Notes: generated by a model from the sequence alone, not told the origin. A stretch of DNA of 64,000 nt from an uncultured virus (IMG/VR IMGVR_UViG_3300027659_000025) (IMGVR_UViG_3300027659_000025); one strand, 5' to 3'; positions 38,045-49,475 are shown, counted from the first letter of the stretch. Translations and numbers: made by a program.

Positions 38045-38640
38045 AATGCCTCCACAAGTTTTATAGTGCCAGGATCACTTAAAATTCCATCAGTATATTT
38101 AATGCCTATCATTGAATCAGTGTCATATCTTGCTTTCATAATAACATTATTTCCATAATTTAATATGCCATTAGAAACTTCTGACATTATTCTTGGAAAT
38201 ACTGTTAATGCATATACACCGGGATAAGAGGCATTTCCTCCTAGCGTACTAATAGCTGTAACCAAATAAACTTTATTATAGTTTGCAAAAGAAACAAAAT
38301 CTCCTTTTGCTATATTGGTTACGCTTCCAACTCTAATATAATATGTACCTGCAGTTGCAGACGCTAATATAGTTCCTGTTGTATATCCAGAACTTCTATA
38401 AAACTGAGGCATTTCTATATTAAAAATTTCGGAATAGCCATTAGAAACACTATGGATAAGATAATCAGCACTTGAGCTAGAGGGTTCAACATTGGTTTCT
38501 ATTTCCCAACGCTGAACCCCCATTGATGCTGTATATCTTTTTAAATTGATAGAATCTGAAATGAAAACTGGCTGGTTACTATTAATACTCATTGGTGCTG
38601 CAAAACGAATAATTCCGTTAGGAGTTATAATACCAGCCAT
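38041..38640 (-). CDS. Distal tail protein
   Basis: Synteny directly after the tape measure gene. Confidence 0.6.
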   Translation of the reverse strand: MAGIITPNGIIRFAAPMSINSNQPVFISDSINLKRYTASMGVQRWEIETNVEPSSSSADYLIHSVSNGYSEIFNIEMPQFYRSSGYTTGTILASATAGTYYIRVGSVTNIAKGDFVSFANYNKVYLVTAISTLGGNASYPGVYALTVFPRIMSEVSNGILNYGNNVIMKARYDTDSMIGIKYTDGILSDPGTIKLVEAL

Positions 38641-38652
38641 GATATACCTCTG

Positions 38653-41600
38653 TTATGTTTCAGTTCTTCTTGAAATGTTATTTTCTCGATTTTGATAATT
38701 TACACCACTTGCAATCTGTGGCATCATCGATACAATTTCACGCTTTGTTTGACGACTAATATCTCCTGTTACATTAATATTAAATACTTGTTGTGAGCTA
38801 CTTTGATTAGAACTGTTACTTGGTAGCCCTAACATTCCTGAACTATTACCTACCATACCGCCCATAGCAAATTTCTTAACTTCGCCATTATTAATTGCGG
38901 CTAATAATCTTAAGTGCTTAGCAGATTGTTTTGCATTTACAATAAACTCACCATTAGATAACATTGCAGGTATTGAATCAGAAGTACCTGTTCCTGGCCC
39001 TTTGATTTGTCCGCCACTAGCCCAAAACATACTTCCACTACCTAAAGAACTAGTCCCAGCTAAACTTAACAAGGAACCAAATCCACCGCCACCGCCTCCA
39101 AGTCCTGACAATGCTATTGCACTAGTAATCATGCTACCCATAAGTGCTATTGCAGCTGTAATTGCAGTTGTAGAAGCAGCTATAGCAGTTGAAATTGTAA
39201 TAGGTGCTGCTGCGGCTGTAGTAGTTTGCCCAGTCAATAATGCAAGCATAGAACCAAAAAAGCCTGTTATAGAACTAAAGAATCCACCTACTCCACTTTC
39301 TTCACCAGGAGGAATGTTTCCTTCTTGCAAATAAGAAGGTGTAGTTGTGTTGCTAAAAAGATTAGCACCTTCTTCACTAGCTTTATTTCCTAAACTAAAA
39401 ATACTTTTTCCAAAGTTTTGTGCAAAGTCTTGAAAAGCTCCGCCTTTTCCAATAATAGGATCTAATAAACCTTTTGCAAAGGTATCAACTACAGTACTAG
39501 TAATATTTCCCGTAACTTTATCAATAAATGTTTTCCAAGCAGATTTACCTTCTTCTGCTCTACCTTTTAATAAGTCAGAGAAATTTGTATAAAGATCACT
39601 TGTAATTGAAGATTCAAATGCTTTGCCTGCATCAGCTAATTTAGTTGAATTAGAAATAATAATATCAGTTAGTGTAGTAAGTTTTTCATTATAAATATCT
39701 ACATTGGCTTGAATACCTGCAGCAGTAGCATCCGTTGCTGTACGAAGTTTGTCTTCTTCTTCTTTTAATCCTTTAGAGAGTTCACTAAAATTAATTAACT
39801 GTTCTGGTGTAGCTAAGTTTAAAGCTCTTTGATCAACATTAGGTGCTCTAAATTTTACTTGCTCTCTAATACTAAGAAGCTTTAAAATCTCAGCTTCAGA
39901 AGTTTTAGCAGTAATACGACGAAAGTCTTCTAGAGTTTTATAAACTGAATTAGAAGATTGAGTTCCTTCATTGTTATTTTCTTTTGGAATTCTTTTGCTA
40001 GTTACAACAACAGTGTCTAGTTTTACGTCAGCAGGCCCTAATGATGAAGAGTCATTTTCTTTTGAAACATCTGTTGTTTTTAACTCTTTTGGTTTTCCTG
40101 TAAAAGCAGCTATCCAATCTCGAATTGCGCTAGTATTTGCTTCAAGTGAAGTAGTATTAAGTTCAACTGGAGTTTTCAGTGCATCTTTTAAAGTCTTTTG
40201 CGTAACTTCTAATAGTTTAGTATTAAATTTCGCTAGTATTTCTTCTGCATTATTTACTGTTAAATTCTCTAATATTCGGCCTAATTCAGGATCTATTGGT
40301 GCTAATTCAGCTGCTTTTTCAAGCATTTGTATATTAGCTGCCTGTTTGCTTAAGGATCGTCGTTGAGCGCTTTCTAATCTTGTAAACTGATTAAAGTCGA
40401 TTCCAAAGTTTTGAAACACAGAACTAAATCTATCAAAGCTAGCTTTAGCACCTTCTACTACAATATCTGAAAATGTCTTCTTAAATTCTGAAAAGAATGT
40501 TAATAATGCACCTGATCTTTGAACTTTTTCAAAAGATCTCATGAAAACTTCGCCTGATTCTTCAAGAGAAGTTTTACCATCTTTCATTACATTTTCAAAC
40601 TCTCTTTTAAAGTATCTTGCAGCATCACCAAGACGAATACCAAAATCAACTCCTGCAGAAATCAAGTCGTTTTCTGTTAGAGATGTTTTGAATAAGTCGT
40701 TAATAGAGCTAAGTCTTGTTGAAAAGGTTTGAGACAAATCTTCAGCAAAATTATTTGCAGTTTTTTGTTCTTTAGAAATTGTCTTTAGGCCAGCTATATA
40801 AGCTTGGACTGATTTTGTATCACCAAGATCTAAGTCTTTTTCAAGTTTACGTTTTTCTTCTTTAATTTTCTTACTTAAATCAAATAAAAGAATAATTGCA
40901 TTTTCAGACAAGTTTTCAAGAGCTTGCACACCAAGACCGGATAATGACTCTGAAAGTATTTTACCAGTTGTAACTAAAGATTTTGCCAAACCTTCTGTTA
41001 CTGGTGCTGCAGCTTTTTCAACAGCATCTCCATATGCTTTAGTAGCTTGTGCTGAAGCTGGTGTTTCAGAAAACTTCTTTTGTAGTTTTTCAATAGTACT
41101 GCCAGCTGATAAAATTATTTGCTGTAAGTTTGAATCTTTAAGACCAGCAAATAAAACTCTATCAATTTCTATACCAACGCCTGTAAGGCTACTTAAAATT
41201 GCATCAAAAGTTATAACAACAGGTTTTTCAGTTAATTTGTTAATATCTTCTTCTACTCTATTAATTTCTGAATTTAATTTTTGAAATTGTTTTTCTGGAA
41301 GTGCTTGACCAGATAATGCTGAATTTTCTTTAAGAGATTTTAATTCAGCATTAAGCCCAGCTAATTTATACTGTAGCGCTCCATACTGAATTATAGCAGC
41401 TTTGCCTTTTGCACCAACTGTTGTAGGTATTGACTTATCTAGGGCTTCTGAAGTGCGATTTGCACCTTCAATTGTTTTATTTTGTTGTGGTAATAAAGCT
41501 TTAAGCCCAGTAGATATTTGAGAATATCCTAAGTTTCTAGTCAGATCAGCAGCTGCCGTTTTGTCTGCTGGTGTTGCTCCTACAGCTCCAGCAGTTTTTA

Positions 41601-44600
41601 CTGCAGCTTCAACGTCTTTTATTTGCTCTTCAAAAAGTGTTCTTGCTTCAGGACTTAATAATCTTGAGATAATTGGATTAAACTCAATTGTATTTAAAGC
41701 TTTTAATCTAATATTTAGATCATCAACCCAAGTACTTCCTAATATTCTTTTAGAAGCTTCTAATCTAAGTTCTAATATTTTTGCTGTAAATCGTTTAATA
41801 GCGTTAGAGTCATTTGATTTACTGATTTGAGCTTCAAGTGCAACTATTTGTGTTGCTGTATTTTTAAAAGCTTCAATATCAAAGAATTGTGCAGTATTAA
41901 GAGTTGTTTCAGGTACTTGTAAAGTTTCTGATAACTTCTTAAAGGTACCTTGTTGTGTACTAAAAGGTGTTATTAATTCTTTACGAGCCTTTGCGAGATC
42001 ACTAAGCCTTGATTGTTCAAGTCTTCTACTAGTTCTATCTGAAATATCTTCAGTAACTTCTAATAGTTTGTTTATCTTTTTATATTGATCAGCTAAGTCT
42101 TCTAAATATTGTATATCGAATATTGTACCTACAAATTCAATATTGTCTTTTCCAAAATCAATTCCAAGAATTGTCGATGCGTCTGACAAACTTTTCATTT
42201 GTTTCTTTATATTGTCAATATTAAATTCACTTTTAGCACGTGAAAGTATGTTTGCACTAGTTTTATTAAATTCTTCTTCAGCTTGAAGTAAGTTTGTTTC
42301 TGCTATTGACAAAAATTTTTTATAATTTCCAATGGCTTCATCTAAATTGTTACCACCATCTTTTTCAATACTTGCGTCTCTTCTATCAAAGCTATCTTTT
42401 ATTTCTATGGCATTAAAATATTTCTGTGAAGCTTTAGCTAAAGCAGCTTTATCTTCTGGCGTTACAAAGCTTCCAAAACTGTTTATGCTGCTTTCAACGC
42501 TTAATACGGTTGAGCCCTTTTTCATATTTTCTAAGGACGGTATAATGCGTGCTTGATCTAATCTTTGTTTAAATTTATTACCAATGTAGTCTACAAACAA
42601 ATTAGCTATATTATTTATCGCTCGTATAGGTAAAGGTATAACACTATCTAGTTGCCCTGGCGGAGAACCTTTAGCATATTTATCTGTAGTACTTTCCATT
42701 GAGGAAATTGATTGTGTTAATAGGCGTTGTATTGAAGCAAGCCAGCCTGGAGCAAAATGTTTTAATGCAAGATAAAAAACAGCTCCAATAGCGCCAACAA
42801 TAGCACCTGCTGTTGCGCCCGCCCCTGCTACAACTGCAGCAGGTATTGCACCAGCCGCCAAAGCTACTCCTGCTACTGCTGAAGCTACTAATGATGCAGC
42901 AAGAATACCTAAATATCTTCCAGCAACCGTACCTAATTTTAAAATTATAAAAGCAAGTACAGTATCAACGATTACACTACCAAGTTCACTAAACCACGCC
43001 CTGATTGATTTTGTAATTTTTTCAAATGATGTCAAATCAATATAATTTTGAAGACCTAATAGTCTTACAATAAGAGCGCCAGTAGAATTATCTACTTTAA
43101 GAATCCTAAGTCTTAATTGCTCTAAACTTTCATTAAGATCTTTAGCATCTTTTCTTGGAAGTCTTAATGCAAATTCTTTATAGTTTTTAATAGCAGTGTC
43201 TCGTTCTTCTTTTTGTTTAGGATTTAAGCCGCCTTGTTTAAAAGATAACTTTTCAAGATTAAGAATCGTATCCTCAAGTTCTTTTGCAACTTCAACAAAA
43301 GCTTCTCGTTGTGCTTTAGGCACTTTAGTAAAGTCAACATCTTCAATATATGGTTTTAGATTTACGCCAATACTTGTTTTTTCTATTTTATCAAGACTAG
43401 AAAAAACATCAAGAAAAGTACCTTTTCCTGTAGCTGGCTTTAAATCGAAAAGATCTCGTATTTTGTCATAAGCCCATTCTAAATTTTCAAATAGAGTTCT
43501 GCCAGGACCAAAAATCCATAAACCAAGAACACCAATACCAGTAATTACTCCAATTATTTTTCCAAAAAGTATCAGTAAGCGGCCTAAAGGTATTAATATT
43601 TTTCCTAAGATACTAGTAAAGTTAGTACCAAAACTACCAAGGCCTGACATTAAAGCTTTAAAACCACCTGTTGCAAATAATGTAAACAATGCTGAAAAAG
43701 ACTCTATTAGTGGCGCTATACTTGTTTTATTTAAATTTTTTGCTGCTCCAGAAAAGTCTTTTAATTTATCTTTTAGTATATCAAATGCACTAGTAAGCCC
43801 AAAACCAATAGCAAGAAGATCTCCTGCAAATGGTATATTAGATACATTACTAAGTCTCTCTTGAAATTTAATATCTTTTTCTTGTCTTTTTCTAAAGCGT
43901 TCTGTATCTTTTTGTGTTGATTCTTCATAGTTTCTTTTAAAGTCTCCTCTGAATTTTCTTTCTAAGACTTTGTCTTTTTCACCTTTAGCAAAAGCTTCTC
44001 TTCTTCCTCTTATTCTATCTAATTCAAGCTCTTGATCACGAACTCTTCTAAGATTTTCTAAAAGTTCTTTATAGTTTGATCCTTGTTTTGGACTTAGTGC
44101 TTTTTCTCTTTCTTTTTGAAAAGCAGCCGTTTTATTTGCAAGCTCTAAGTCAAGTTTTGAAAGTATTGCATTTCTATTTTTTACGCTTCTTTCTTTAAAT
44201 TTTTCAAAAGCTGTTGCATATTTAGTATTAAAATCAAAGTCTCTTTTAGCTTTATATTCACTCGATCTATCGGTTACATCAATTATACCGCCTTGCGATT
44301 TTAGTCTTTCAGCAAGTTCTCTACCTCTTTTTATAAATTGAAAGCCTTTAAAAGCCGCCCCTAACAATCCAAAGCCAGTAGCTACCGCAGTTAGAGAAAA
44401 GGCTAAAACACTAAAAACAGACGCTAAGCCTCCAACTACAATCGTCGTACTAACTGCTGCGCTTGCAATTCCTGCAATACTTCCTAGAACAATACCAACA
44501 ATAATTAAAAAGCTTCTTTTAAAAAGCGCTAAAGCTGTAGCAAGACCAACATTAATTGTAGTAAATAATACTTTAAAAGTAGAAGATAATGTTAACAGTA

Positions 44601-47600
44601 GTGGTGCTGCAATAGCTGTAATAGTTTGTGCAGCAGCAGCTGAGAATACTTTTAATTGACTATAAAAAGCTTTTAATCTTAGTTTGGCTAATTCTATAAA
44701 ATCTAATAAAGGCTGCAATGAATTTCCAAAATCTTTTTTAAGATCTACTCTACCTCCAAAAGAAACTTTTTCACCAGTTTTTAATGTTTTTGTAAAGTCT
44801 TTAAGAAGATTTCCAGTAGGTGCTTTAAATGTAAATGCTTCCCATAAATTTATACCCCCACTTGCATAATATGGCAAATTTCTTTTTAGATTTGTAAACA
44901 TTAGCGCAATTGCACTACCTAAACCTTGTTGAGTTGCTTTTATTTGTGCCGGCTTAACAGGCTTATTAAAAATAGAATCATAAAAATCTAAAGGACCTCT
45001 AGCAGCTTTAGAAAAAATACTTGATTTTCCTGTAAATTTTTCAGTAAGGCCAACAAACCCAACATATAGTTGTCTTCCTAAAATTTCTATTATATTGCTA
45101 ATATCTCTAATCAGTCTACCACCGCCGTCTTTTCCAAGCAAAGCCCATATTAATAAAGGAACTCCAAGAGTAACAGCATCTAAAATGCTTATACTTTCTA
45201 ATAAAGCAGTAGAAAGAACAAGTCCAGCAGCTATTGCAATTTTAGGATCTTGAAAAATGCTTACGAACTTTTTAGTAACTCCTGCGCCTGGCAGTAATGA
45301 AGATAAGTAATCTGTTATGCCTAATACTGCTGGCTTCTTTTTAGTTGCTGCACTACCAAAGAAAAAAGTTTTAGCAAACTTTCTAAAATCTTTATTTAAT
45401 ATTGCGAGTAAAATAGAAGCTGTAGCTAGTACTCTTATTAAATTGTTCTCAACTAAAACACCAATAACTGGAAATACAAAAGTTGCAACGGAATAAACAG
45501 CTTCTAAAGCTGTTTTAACTCCTTCTGGAATTTTAATTAAACTGTTTAAAGCACTGTTTAAAAAATACGGTAATGCCTCAATAGTTGCATTTAATATATT
45601 AAAAAATCCTTTTATAGCACCTTCAGCAAATCCTGCAAAAGCTGCTCCACCAATTGTTGCAAAAGCTGGTGTTAAAAAAGAAACTAAATCTTTTAGACTT
45701 CCATTTAAAAGCGCTGCAAAATAAGAAAACACAGAAAGTTTTACAATAGAGTTATCACTTAAAAGCAATAATGATGCAATAATTGAACCACCAATTGATT
45801 TACTTAGCGTTTGGCCCAATTGATTAACGTCCATCTGCATTATTCTATTAATAGACTCTTTAATGCTAATTCCAAATTTATTACTTTGTTGTTTTATTGT
45901 AGTATAAATACTTAAAAATAAAAGACTAACGCGTTTTTTAAATTCATCAAGTGCTAATTCTGTTTTAGATAAGTTACTCGTATATTGATATATTTCATTA
46001 ATAGTATCTGGCCAATACGAATTACCAACGACTTTATCGTAAATATCTAAAAAGTTATTTTTAACTTTCTTCGCAAATAAAAATATTCTATCTTCAACTT
46101 TTGTTAAAATATCGACAGTTTTTTGATATATTTTTCTGAACAGCACTAAAAGATCTTCAAAAATTTCACCTACTTTAATGTTACCTAAAAATTTAAAATC
46201 AAATTTAACAAAAGAAATATCTGTAGGTATTTTACTAATTAAGCGATTAATATAGTTTAAAAAGTTTTGAAACTCATTTCTAATTTTATTTTTTAAAGAT
46301 ATAAAATACTTTACAAAGCTTAAATCAACAAGTTCGTTACCAATTTCATTTGTTAGTCCTTTAAAAAATCCTCTTATAAATACAAAGAGATCAGTTAAAA
46401 CTTTCTGTATTACATCTACACTTTTTCTTAATAGAGCAGGATTAAGGGTAATACTCGGGAATATGTCAACGCCACTTATTGTACTTCCTAAAAAGTTTCC
46501 TAATCTTTTTCCTATTTTATTTGCAGTGCTTTCATTGAAAACGTCATTATAGGCATCTTCATAAGCTTCTCTCAATGCTAAAATTTGTAATTGAATAGGA
46601 TAAATTTTATACCTGATTTTAGGTAAAATAACTCTTTCATAAACTGCAGAAAGCACCTCTCCAAGTCGTTCAAAATAATTTAATGTTCGATCAAACCTAG
46701 TATCACGAATCTTTAAGAAAGTGTTATCAACAATATTTAAATAAACCAAAAGATCTTGTACACCAAATAAAAGATCTTGAATACCAAAGCTCCTAAAGCC
46801 TTCTGTTAATATAAAAGAAGTATTTTGTAAAGTGTCTTTCAAACTTTTTCGTTCAACATTTAAATCTGCAAGTCTCTGCTTAAATGTTACTAAATCACTT
46901 GACCAAAAAAGCTTTACCCAAGCTCTTTCAAGACTTGTGTCTTCAAAAAGATTAAATGTTTCTTTAAGTTCAGTCTTAAGTAATCTTAGAGGTCTTAATA
47001 AATTTAATTTAAAAAAGTAAACTTCATATGCAATACTTCTTAAAAATTGACGAAAATCAACATCAATTGTTTGAATTGGAGTCCGAATAAGAGGAATTAA
47101 GCCTCCTAAGTTTTCTGCAAGAATTACAAAAAAGTCAGAAAATGGATTTGATCTAGCGTTCTTATCTACAGATGCATAAAATTCATCCAGAGTTTTATTA
47201 AAAGCTAATATAGGTAATTGATCTAATAAAGAGGTTTCTTTATCAGTTCCTTTGCCAGTTAATAAGTCTAGTGATATTTTTACCTTTGTTACAAGGCCTA
47301 ATTCTTTTGTTAAATCATCATCAAGAAAACTTAAAACATCTTTTATTTTTTGAATTGCTGCTAATCTTATTCCAGTTTGTGTTATAGTAGTAATTGGTTT
47401 ACTAAGATCAAAATTAATAAGGTCATTTATAATAATATCTTTTGGTTCAATTAGTTTAAATTTTGTAAAATAATTAGAAAAAGACAAACGAGCTGCTTCT
47501 AACTTAAATCTTGCAGTTAGTGAAAACTCGTCAATATTATAGCTAAGATCTATTAAAAGTTTTGAAAGTCTATCAGAAGTTCCTAAATACTTGTTTACTT

Positions 47601-48486
47601 CACCAAACATTAAAGAAAGAGATTGTTTAAATTGAATTGCTGCAGTTTCGACAGTAATTGTAGTTTTTGCAAAGTCTGAATCTGTTTTATCAGCAAGTTT
47701 TTCGATAACATCCATTAAAAGTTCTGTTGTAAGTTGTCCTTCTTCTGCAAACTTTCTAAGACTTCCTGCATTTAAGCCTAGTTCTTTCTTTAACCCTAGA
47801 CCTAAATATTTCATTTGTTCTAAAACAGAGTTAAGTTCTTCACCTCTTAAAGTACCAGATGCAATACCTTGTCCTAACTGAACTAAAGCTCCTTGTGCCC
47901 CTGCTGCAGAAGCGCCAGATAACACAAGAGACTTCTGAATAGTTGAAACAACTTTTAAGATTTTACCTTGTGAAGCTCCAGTTTCTTCGAGCGCCTTTGT
48001 AAAGTCAACATAAAGTCCAGTTGTTTCTGAAAGAGTTGATCTACTGGCTCTTGATACTTCATAAAGTTTTGTTTGGGTTTTAACAAGCTCTTCAGTATCA
48101 TCTATAACTAATTTAATTTTATTTTGTATATTAGTTAAATTATCAGCAGCTTTATTTAATTCTGTTACGCCTTTTAAACCAAGAAAAGCTGTGCCAAGAG
48201 CTATCATGGCTGTTTTTAAAGTGCTAACAACTCCTACTAAAGATGAAGCTGCATTGCCTACTGTATTAAATGCAGTAGTACCTGCTTCTTTAAAAGCACT
48301 AAAAGATTTTACAGTAGTTCTTAGTTCACCTGTTAAATTTTTAAAACCCTCCGGCTTAATTCCATCTAAAGCTTTTGAAGATGAATTAGCTGAAGTAACT
48401 AGCCTTGCTAAATTCTGATTTAATTCTCTTAAATCCCGTTTAGCTGATTCGGCTTTTGTGTCAATATCAATTAAGATGCCTGACAT
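38653..48486 (-). CDS. Tape measure protein (3277 aa)
   Basis: Tape-measure N-domain QLGQGIASGTLRGEELNSVLEQ; C-terminal GPGTGTSDSIPAMLSNGEFIVNA; follows the chaperone frameshift genes. Confidence 0.92.
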   Translation of the reverse strand: MSGILIDIDTKAESAKRDLRELNQNLARLVTSANSSSKALDGIKPEGFKNLTGELRTTVKSFSAFKEAGTTAFNTVGNAASSLVGVVSTLKTAMIALGTAFLGLKGVTELNKAADNLTNIQNKIKLVIDDTEELVKTQTKLYEVSRASRSTLSETTGLYVDFTKALEETGASQGKILKVVSTIQKSLVLSGASAAGAQGALVQLGQGIASGTLRGEELNSVLEQMKYLGLGLKKELGLNAGSLRKFAEEGQLTTELLMDVIEKLADKTDSDFAKTTITVETAAIQFKQSLSLMFGEVNKYLGTSDRLSKLLIDLSYNIDEFSLTARFKLEAARLSFSNYFTKFKLIEPKDIIINDLINFDLSKPITTITQTGIRLAAIQKIKDVLSFLDDDLTKELGLVTKVKISLDLLTGKGTDKETSLLDQLPILAFNKTLDEFYASVDKNARSNPFSDFFVILAENLGGLIPLIRTPIQTIDVDFRQFLRSIAYEVYFFKLNLLRPLRLLKTELKETFNLFEDTSLERAWVKLFWSSDLVTFKQRLADLNVERKSLKDTLQNTSFILTEGFRSFGIQDLLFGVQDLLVYLNIVDNTFLKIRDTRFDRTLNYFERLGEVLSAVYERVILPKIRYKIYPIQLQILALREAYEDAYNDVFNESTANKIGKRLGNFLGSTISGVDIFPSITLNPALLRKSVDVIQKVLTDLFVFIRGFFKGLTNEIGNELVDLSFVKYFISLKNKIRNEFQNFLNYINRLISKIPTDISFVKFDFKFLGNIKVGEIFEDLLVLFRKIYQKTVDILTKVEDRIFLFAKKVKNNFLDIYDKVVGNSYWPDTINEIYQYTSNLSKTELALDEFKKRVSLLFLSIYTTIKQQSNKFGISIKESINRIMQMDVNQLGQTLSKSIGGSIIASLLLLSDNSIVKLSVFSYFAALLNGSLKDLVSFLTPAFATIGGAAFAGFAEGAIKGFFNILNATIEALPYFLNSALNSLIKIPEGVKTALEAVYSVATFVFPVIGVLVENNLIRVLATASILLAILNKDFRKFAKTFFFGSAATKKKPAVLGITDYLSSLLPGAGVTKKFVSIFQDPKIAIAAGLVLSTALLESISILDAVTLGVPLLIWALLGKDGGGRLIRDISNIIEILGRQLYVGFVGLTEKFTGKSSIFSKAARGPLDFYDSIFNKPVKPAQIKATQQGLGSAIALMFTNLKRNLPYYASGGINLWEAFTFKAPTGNLLKDFTKTLKTGEKVSFGGRVDLKKDFGNSLQPLLDFIELAKLRLKAFYSQLKVFSAAAAQTITAIAAPLLLTLSSTFKVLFTTINVGLATALALFKRSFLIIVGIVLGSIAGIASAAVSTTIVVGGLASVFSVLAFSLTAVATGFGLLGAAFKGFQFIKRGRELAERLKSQGGIIDVTDRSSEYKAKRDFDFNTKYATAFEKFKERSVKNRNAILSKLDLELANKTAAFQKEREKALSPKQGSNYKELLENLRRVRDQELELDRIRGRREAFAKGEKDKVLERKFRGDFKRNYEESTQKDTERFRKRQEKDIKFQERLSNVSNIPFAGDLLAIGFGLTSAFDILKDKLKDFSGAAKNLNKTSIAPLIESFSALFTLFATGGFKALMSGLGSFGTNFTSILGKILIPLGRLLILFGKIIGVITGIGVLGLWIFGPGRTLFENLEWAYDKIRDLFDLKPATGKGTFLDVFSSLDKIEKTSIGVNLKPYIEDVDFTKVPKAQREAFVEVAKELEDTILNLEKLSFKQGGLNPKQKEERDTAIKNYKEFALRLPRKDAKDLNESLEQLRLRILKVDNSTGALIVRLLGLQNYIDLTSFEKITKSIRAWFSELGSVIVDTVLAFIILKLGTVAGRYLGILAASLVASAVAGVALAAGAIPAAVVAGAGATAGAIVGAIGAVFYLALKHFAPGWLASIQRLLTQSISSMESTTDKYAKGSPPGQLDSVIPLPIRAINNIANLFVDYIGNKFKQRLDQARIIPSLENMKKGSTVLSVESSINSFGSFVTPEDKAALAKASQKYFNAIEIKDSFDRRDASIEKDGGNNLDEAIGNYKKFLSIAETNLLQAEEEFNKTSANILSRAKSEFNIDNIKKQMKSLSDASTILGIDFGKDNIEFVGTIFDIQYLEDLADQYKKINKLLEVTEDISDRTSRRLEQSRLSDLAKARKELITPFSTQQGTFKKLSETLQVPETTLNTAQFFDIEAFKNTATQIVALEAQISKSNDSNAIKRFTAKILELRLEASKRILGSTWVDDLNIRLKALNTIEFNPIISRLLSPEARTLFEEQIKDVEAAVKTAGAVGATPADKTAAADLTRNLGYSQISTGLKALLPQQNKTIEGANRTSEALDKSIPTTVGAKGKAAIIQYGALQYKLAGLNAELKSLKENSALSGQALPEKQFQKLNSEINRVEEDINKLTEKPVVITFDAILSSLTGVGIEIDRVLFAGLKDSNLQQIILSAGSTIEKLQKKFSETPASAQATKAYGDAVEKAAAPVTEGLAKSLVTTGKILSESLSGLGVQALENLSENAIILLFDLSKKIKEEKRKLEKDLDLGDTKSVQAYIAGLKTISKEQKTANNFAEDLSQTFSTRLSSINDLFKTSLTENDLISAGVDFGIRLGDAARYFKREFENVMKDGKTSLEESGEVFMRSFEKVQRSGALLTFFSEFKKTFSDIVVEGAKASFDRFSSVFQNFGIDFNQFTRLESAQRRSLSKQAANIQMLEKAAELAPIDPELGRILENLTVNNAEEILAKFNTKLLEVTQKTLKDALKTPVELNTTSLEANTSAIRDWIAAFTGKPKELKTTDVSKENDSSSLGPADVKLDTVVVTSKRIPKENNNEGTQSSNSVYKTLEDFRRITAKTSEAEILKLLSIREQVKFRAPNVDQRALNLATPEQLINFSELSKGLKEEEDKLRTATDATAAGIQANVDIYNEKLTTLTDIIISNSTKLADAGKAFESSITSDLYTNFSDLLKGRAEEGKSAWKTFIDKVTGNITSTVVDTFAKGLLDPIIGKGGAFQDFAQNFGKSIFSLGNKASEEGANLFSNTTTPSYLQEGNIPPGEESGVGGFFSSITGFFGSMLALLTGQTTTAAAAPITISTAIAASTTAITAAIALMGSMITSAIALSGLGGGGGGFGSLLSLAGTSSLGSGSMFWASGGQIKGPGTGTSDSIPAMLSNGEFIVNAKQSAKHLRLLAAINNGEVKKFAMGGMVGNSSGMLGLPSNSSNQSSSQQVFNINVTGDISRQTKREIVSMMPQIASGVNYQNRENNISRRTET

Positions 48487-48497
48487 GTTAGCCTTTC

Positions 48498-48528
48498 AAA
48501 ATAAAACCCGCTAGAATTAACTAGCGGG
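48498..48528 (-). terminator. Rho-independent terminator immediately upstream of the tape measure gene
   Basis: CCCGCTAG-TTAATT-CTAGCGGG-TTTTATTTT. Confidence 0.8.
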
Positions 48529-48537
48529 AGGGTTAGG

Positions 48538-48837
48538 TTATTTATTAAACCTGACAATTGTTCCACTAGGGCGAACACCCTTCTGTGCTAACAATGTTTT
48601 CTCAATAAAATAAGCAGGAGCTTGTTGAGAAGTTCCTTCATTCAATTGCTGAATATATTCTACATTATTTACAATTACATTCTTCTCTAAAAACCAATTG
48701 TCTCTTGCATTACCAGTATCTACAGGAGTTTCAGCTTTTAGAGCTGCTATAATTGACAATAATTTTTCTGCTTTTCTTTTCTTTGATATTTCGTTAAATT
48801 CTTTTTCAAGATTTACATTAACTTTAACTTTTATCAT
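48538..48837 (-). CDS. HK97 gp10-like neck/tail completion protein
   Basis: TPVDTGNARxxW...NNVEYIxxLNEGxSxQAP. Confidence 0.8.
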   Translation of the reverse strand: MIKVKVNVNLEKEFNEISKKRKAEKLLSIIAALKAETPVDTGNARDNWFLEKNVIVNNVEYIQQLNEGTSQQAPAYFIEKTLLAQKGVRPSGTIVRFNK

Positions 48838-49178
48838 ACAGATACCTTATCGCCTCCTTTGGCAGATAGCAACTTTTGAAATAAACCAGATGCTTTGAGA
48901 TTATTTATATCAATTCCATCTTTTGTGTTTTTAGATGGTTTATAAATAGATGATAAAGTTGGAAATATAATCCAAGGTTTTTCTTTCACACCTTGTGCTT
49001 GAAGTAATTTGTGTGTTCTATCATCATCTCTCCATCCAGCAGGTCTTTGCTCAAAGTAACTAAACCAGCCAAGAAGTTCTTCATACGACATCTTGTCTGC
49101 TAATTCATAAATAGGGATTCTCAAATGAAAAGCTATCTCATAAATAGATAGCTCTTCATCAGAGAGAATTACTTTCCC
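48834..49178 (-). CDS. Tail assembly chaperone, C-terminal frameshift part (gpT-like)
   Basis: -1 frame open from the slippery site: KVILSDEELSIYEIAFHLRIPIYELADKMSYEELLGW. Confidence 0.8.
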   Translation of the reverse strand, partial: GKVILSDEELSIYEIAFHLRIPIYELADKMSYEELLGWFSYFEQRPAGWRDDDRTHKLLQAQGVKEKPWIIFPTLSSIYKPSKNTKDGIDINNLKASGLFQKLLSAKGGDKVSV

Positions 49179-49474
49179 TGGTCACCACCAATACCCGAGA
49201 ATTTCATAATTTCGCTAGAAAGCTTTGACAATTCATCCATTGGAAAGGCTTCAAAATCTTGATCTGATAGATCGTCAGCGCCTTCAACAGCTAATGAAAT
49301 AACAGTCTTTAGAACATCAAGACCTGCTGAATCATTGCCTTCAATTGCTTTTGCCTTTTCTTGAATGACCATTACTTCCGCAACGCTTAGTTTTGAGATA
49401 GAAACTTCTTCTCCCATAAACTTAACTTTTTTGGTCATCTTACGGCCAATAAGGCCTTTTAATCCGCCTACCAT
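49169..49474 (-). CDS. Tail assembly chaperone (gpG-like)
   Basis: Between major tail and tape measure genes; ends in GGA AAG TAA. Confidence 0.8.
   Translation of the reverse strand: MVGGLKGLIGRKMTKKVKFMGEEVSISKLSVAEVMVIQEKAKAIEGNDSAGLDVLKTVISLAVEGADDLSDQDFEAFPMDELSKLSSEIMKFSGIGGDQGK
49172..49178 (-). promoter_or_regulatory. -1 programmed ribosomal frameshift site GGGAAAG
   Basis: Same heptamer as the lambda G/T site, placed just before the stop codon. Confidence 0.85.
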
Positions 49475-49475
49475 A

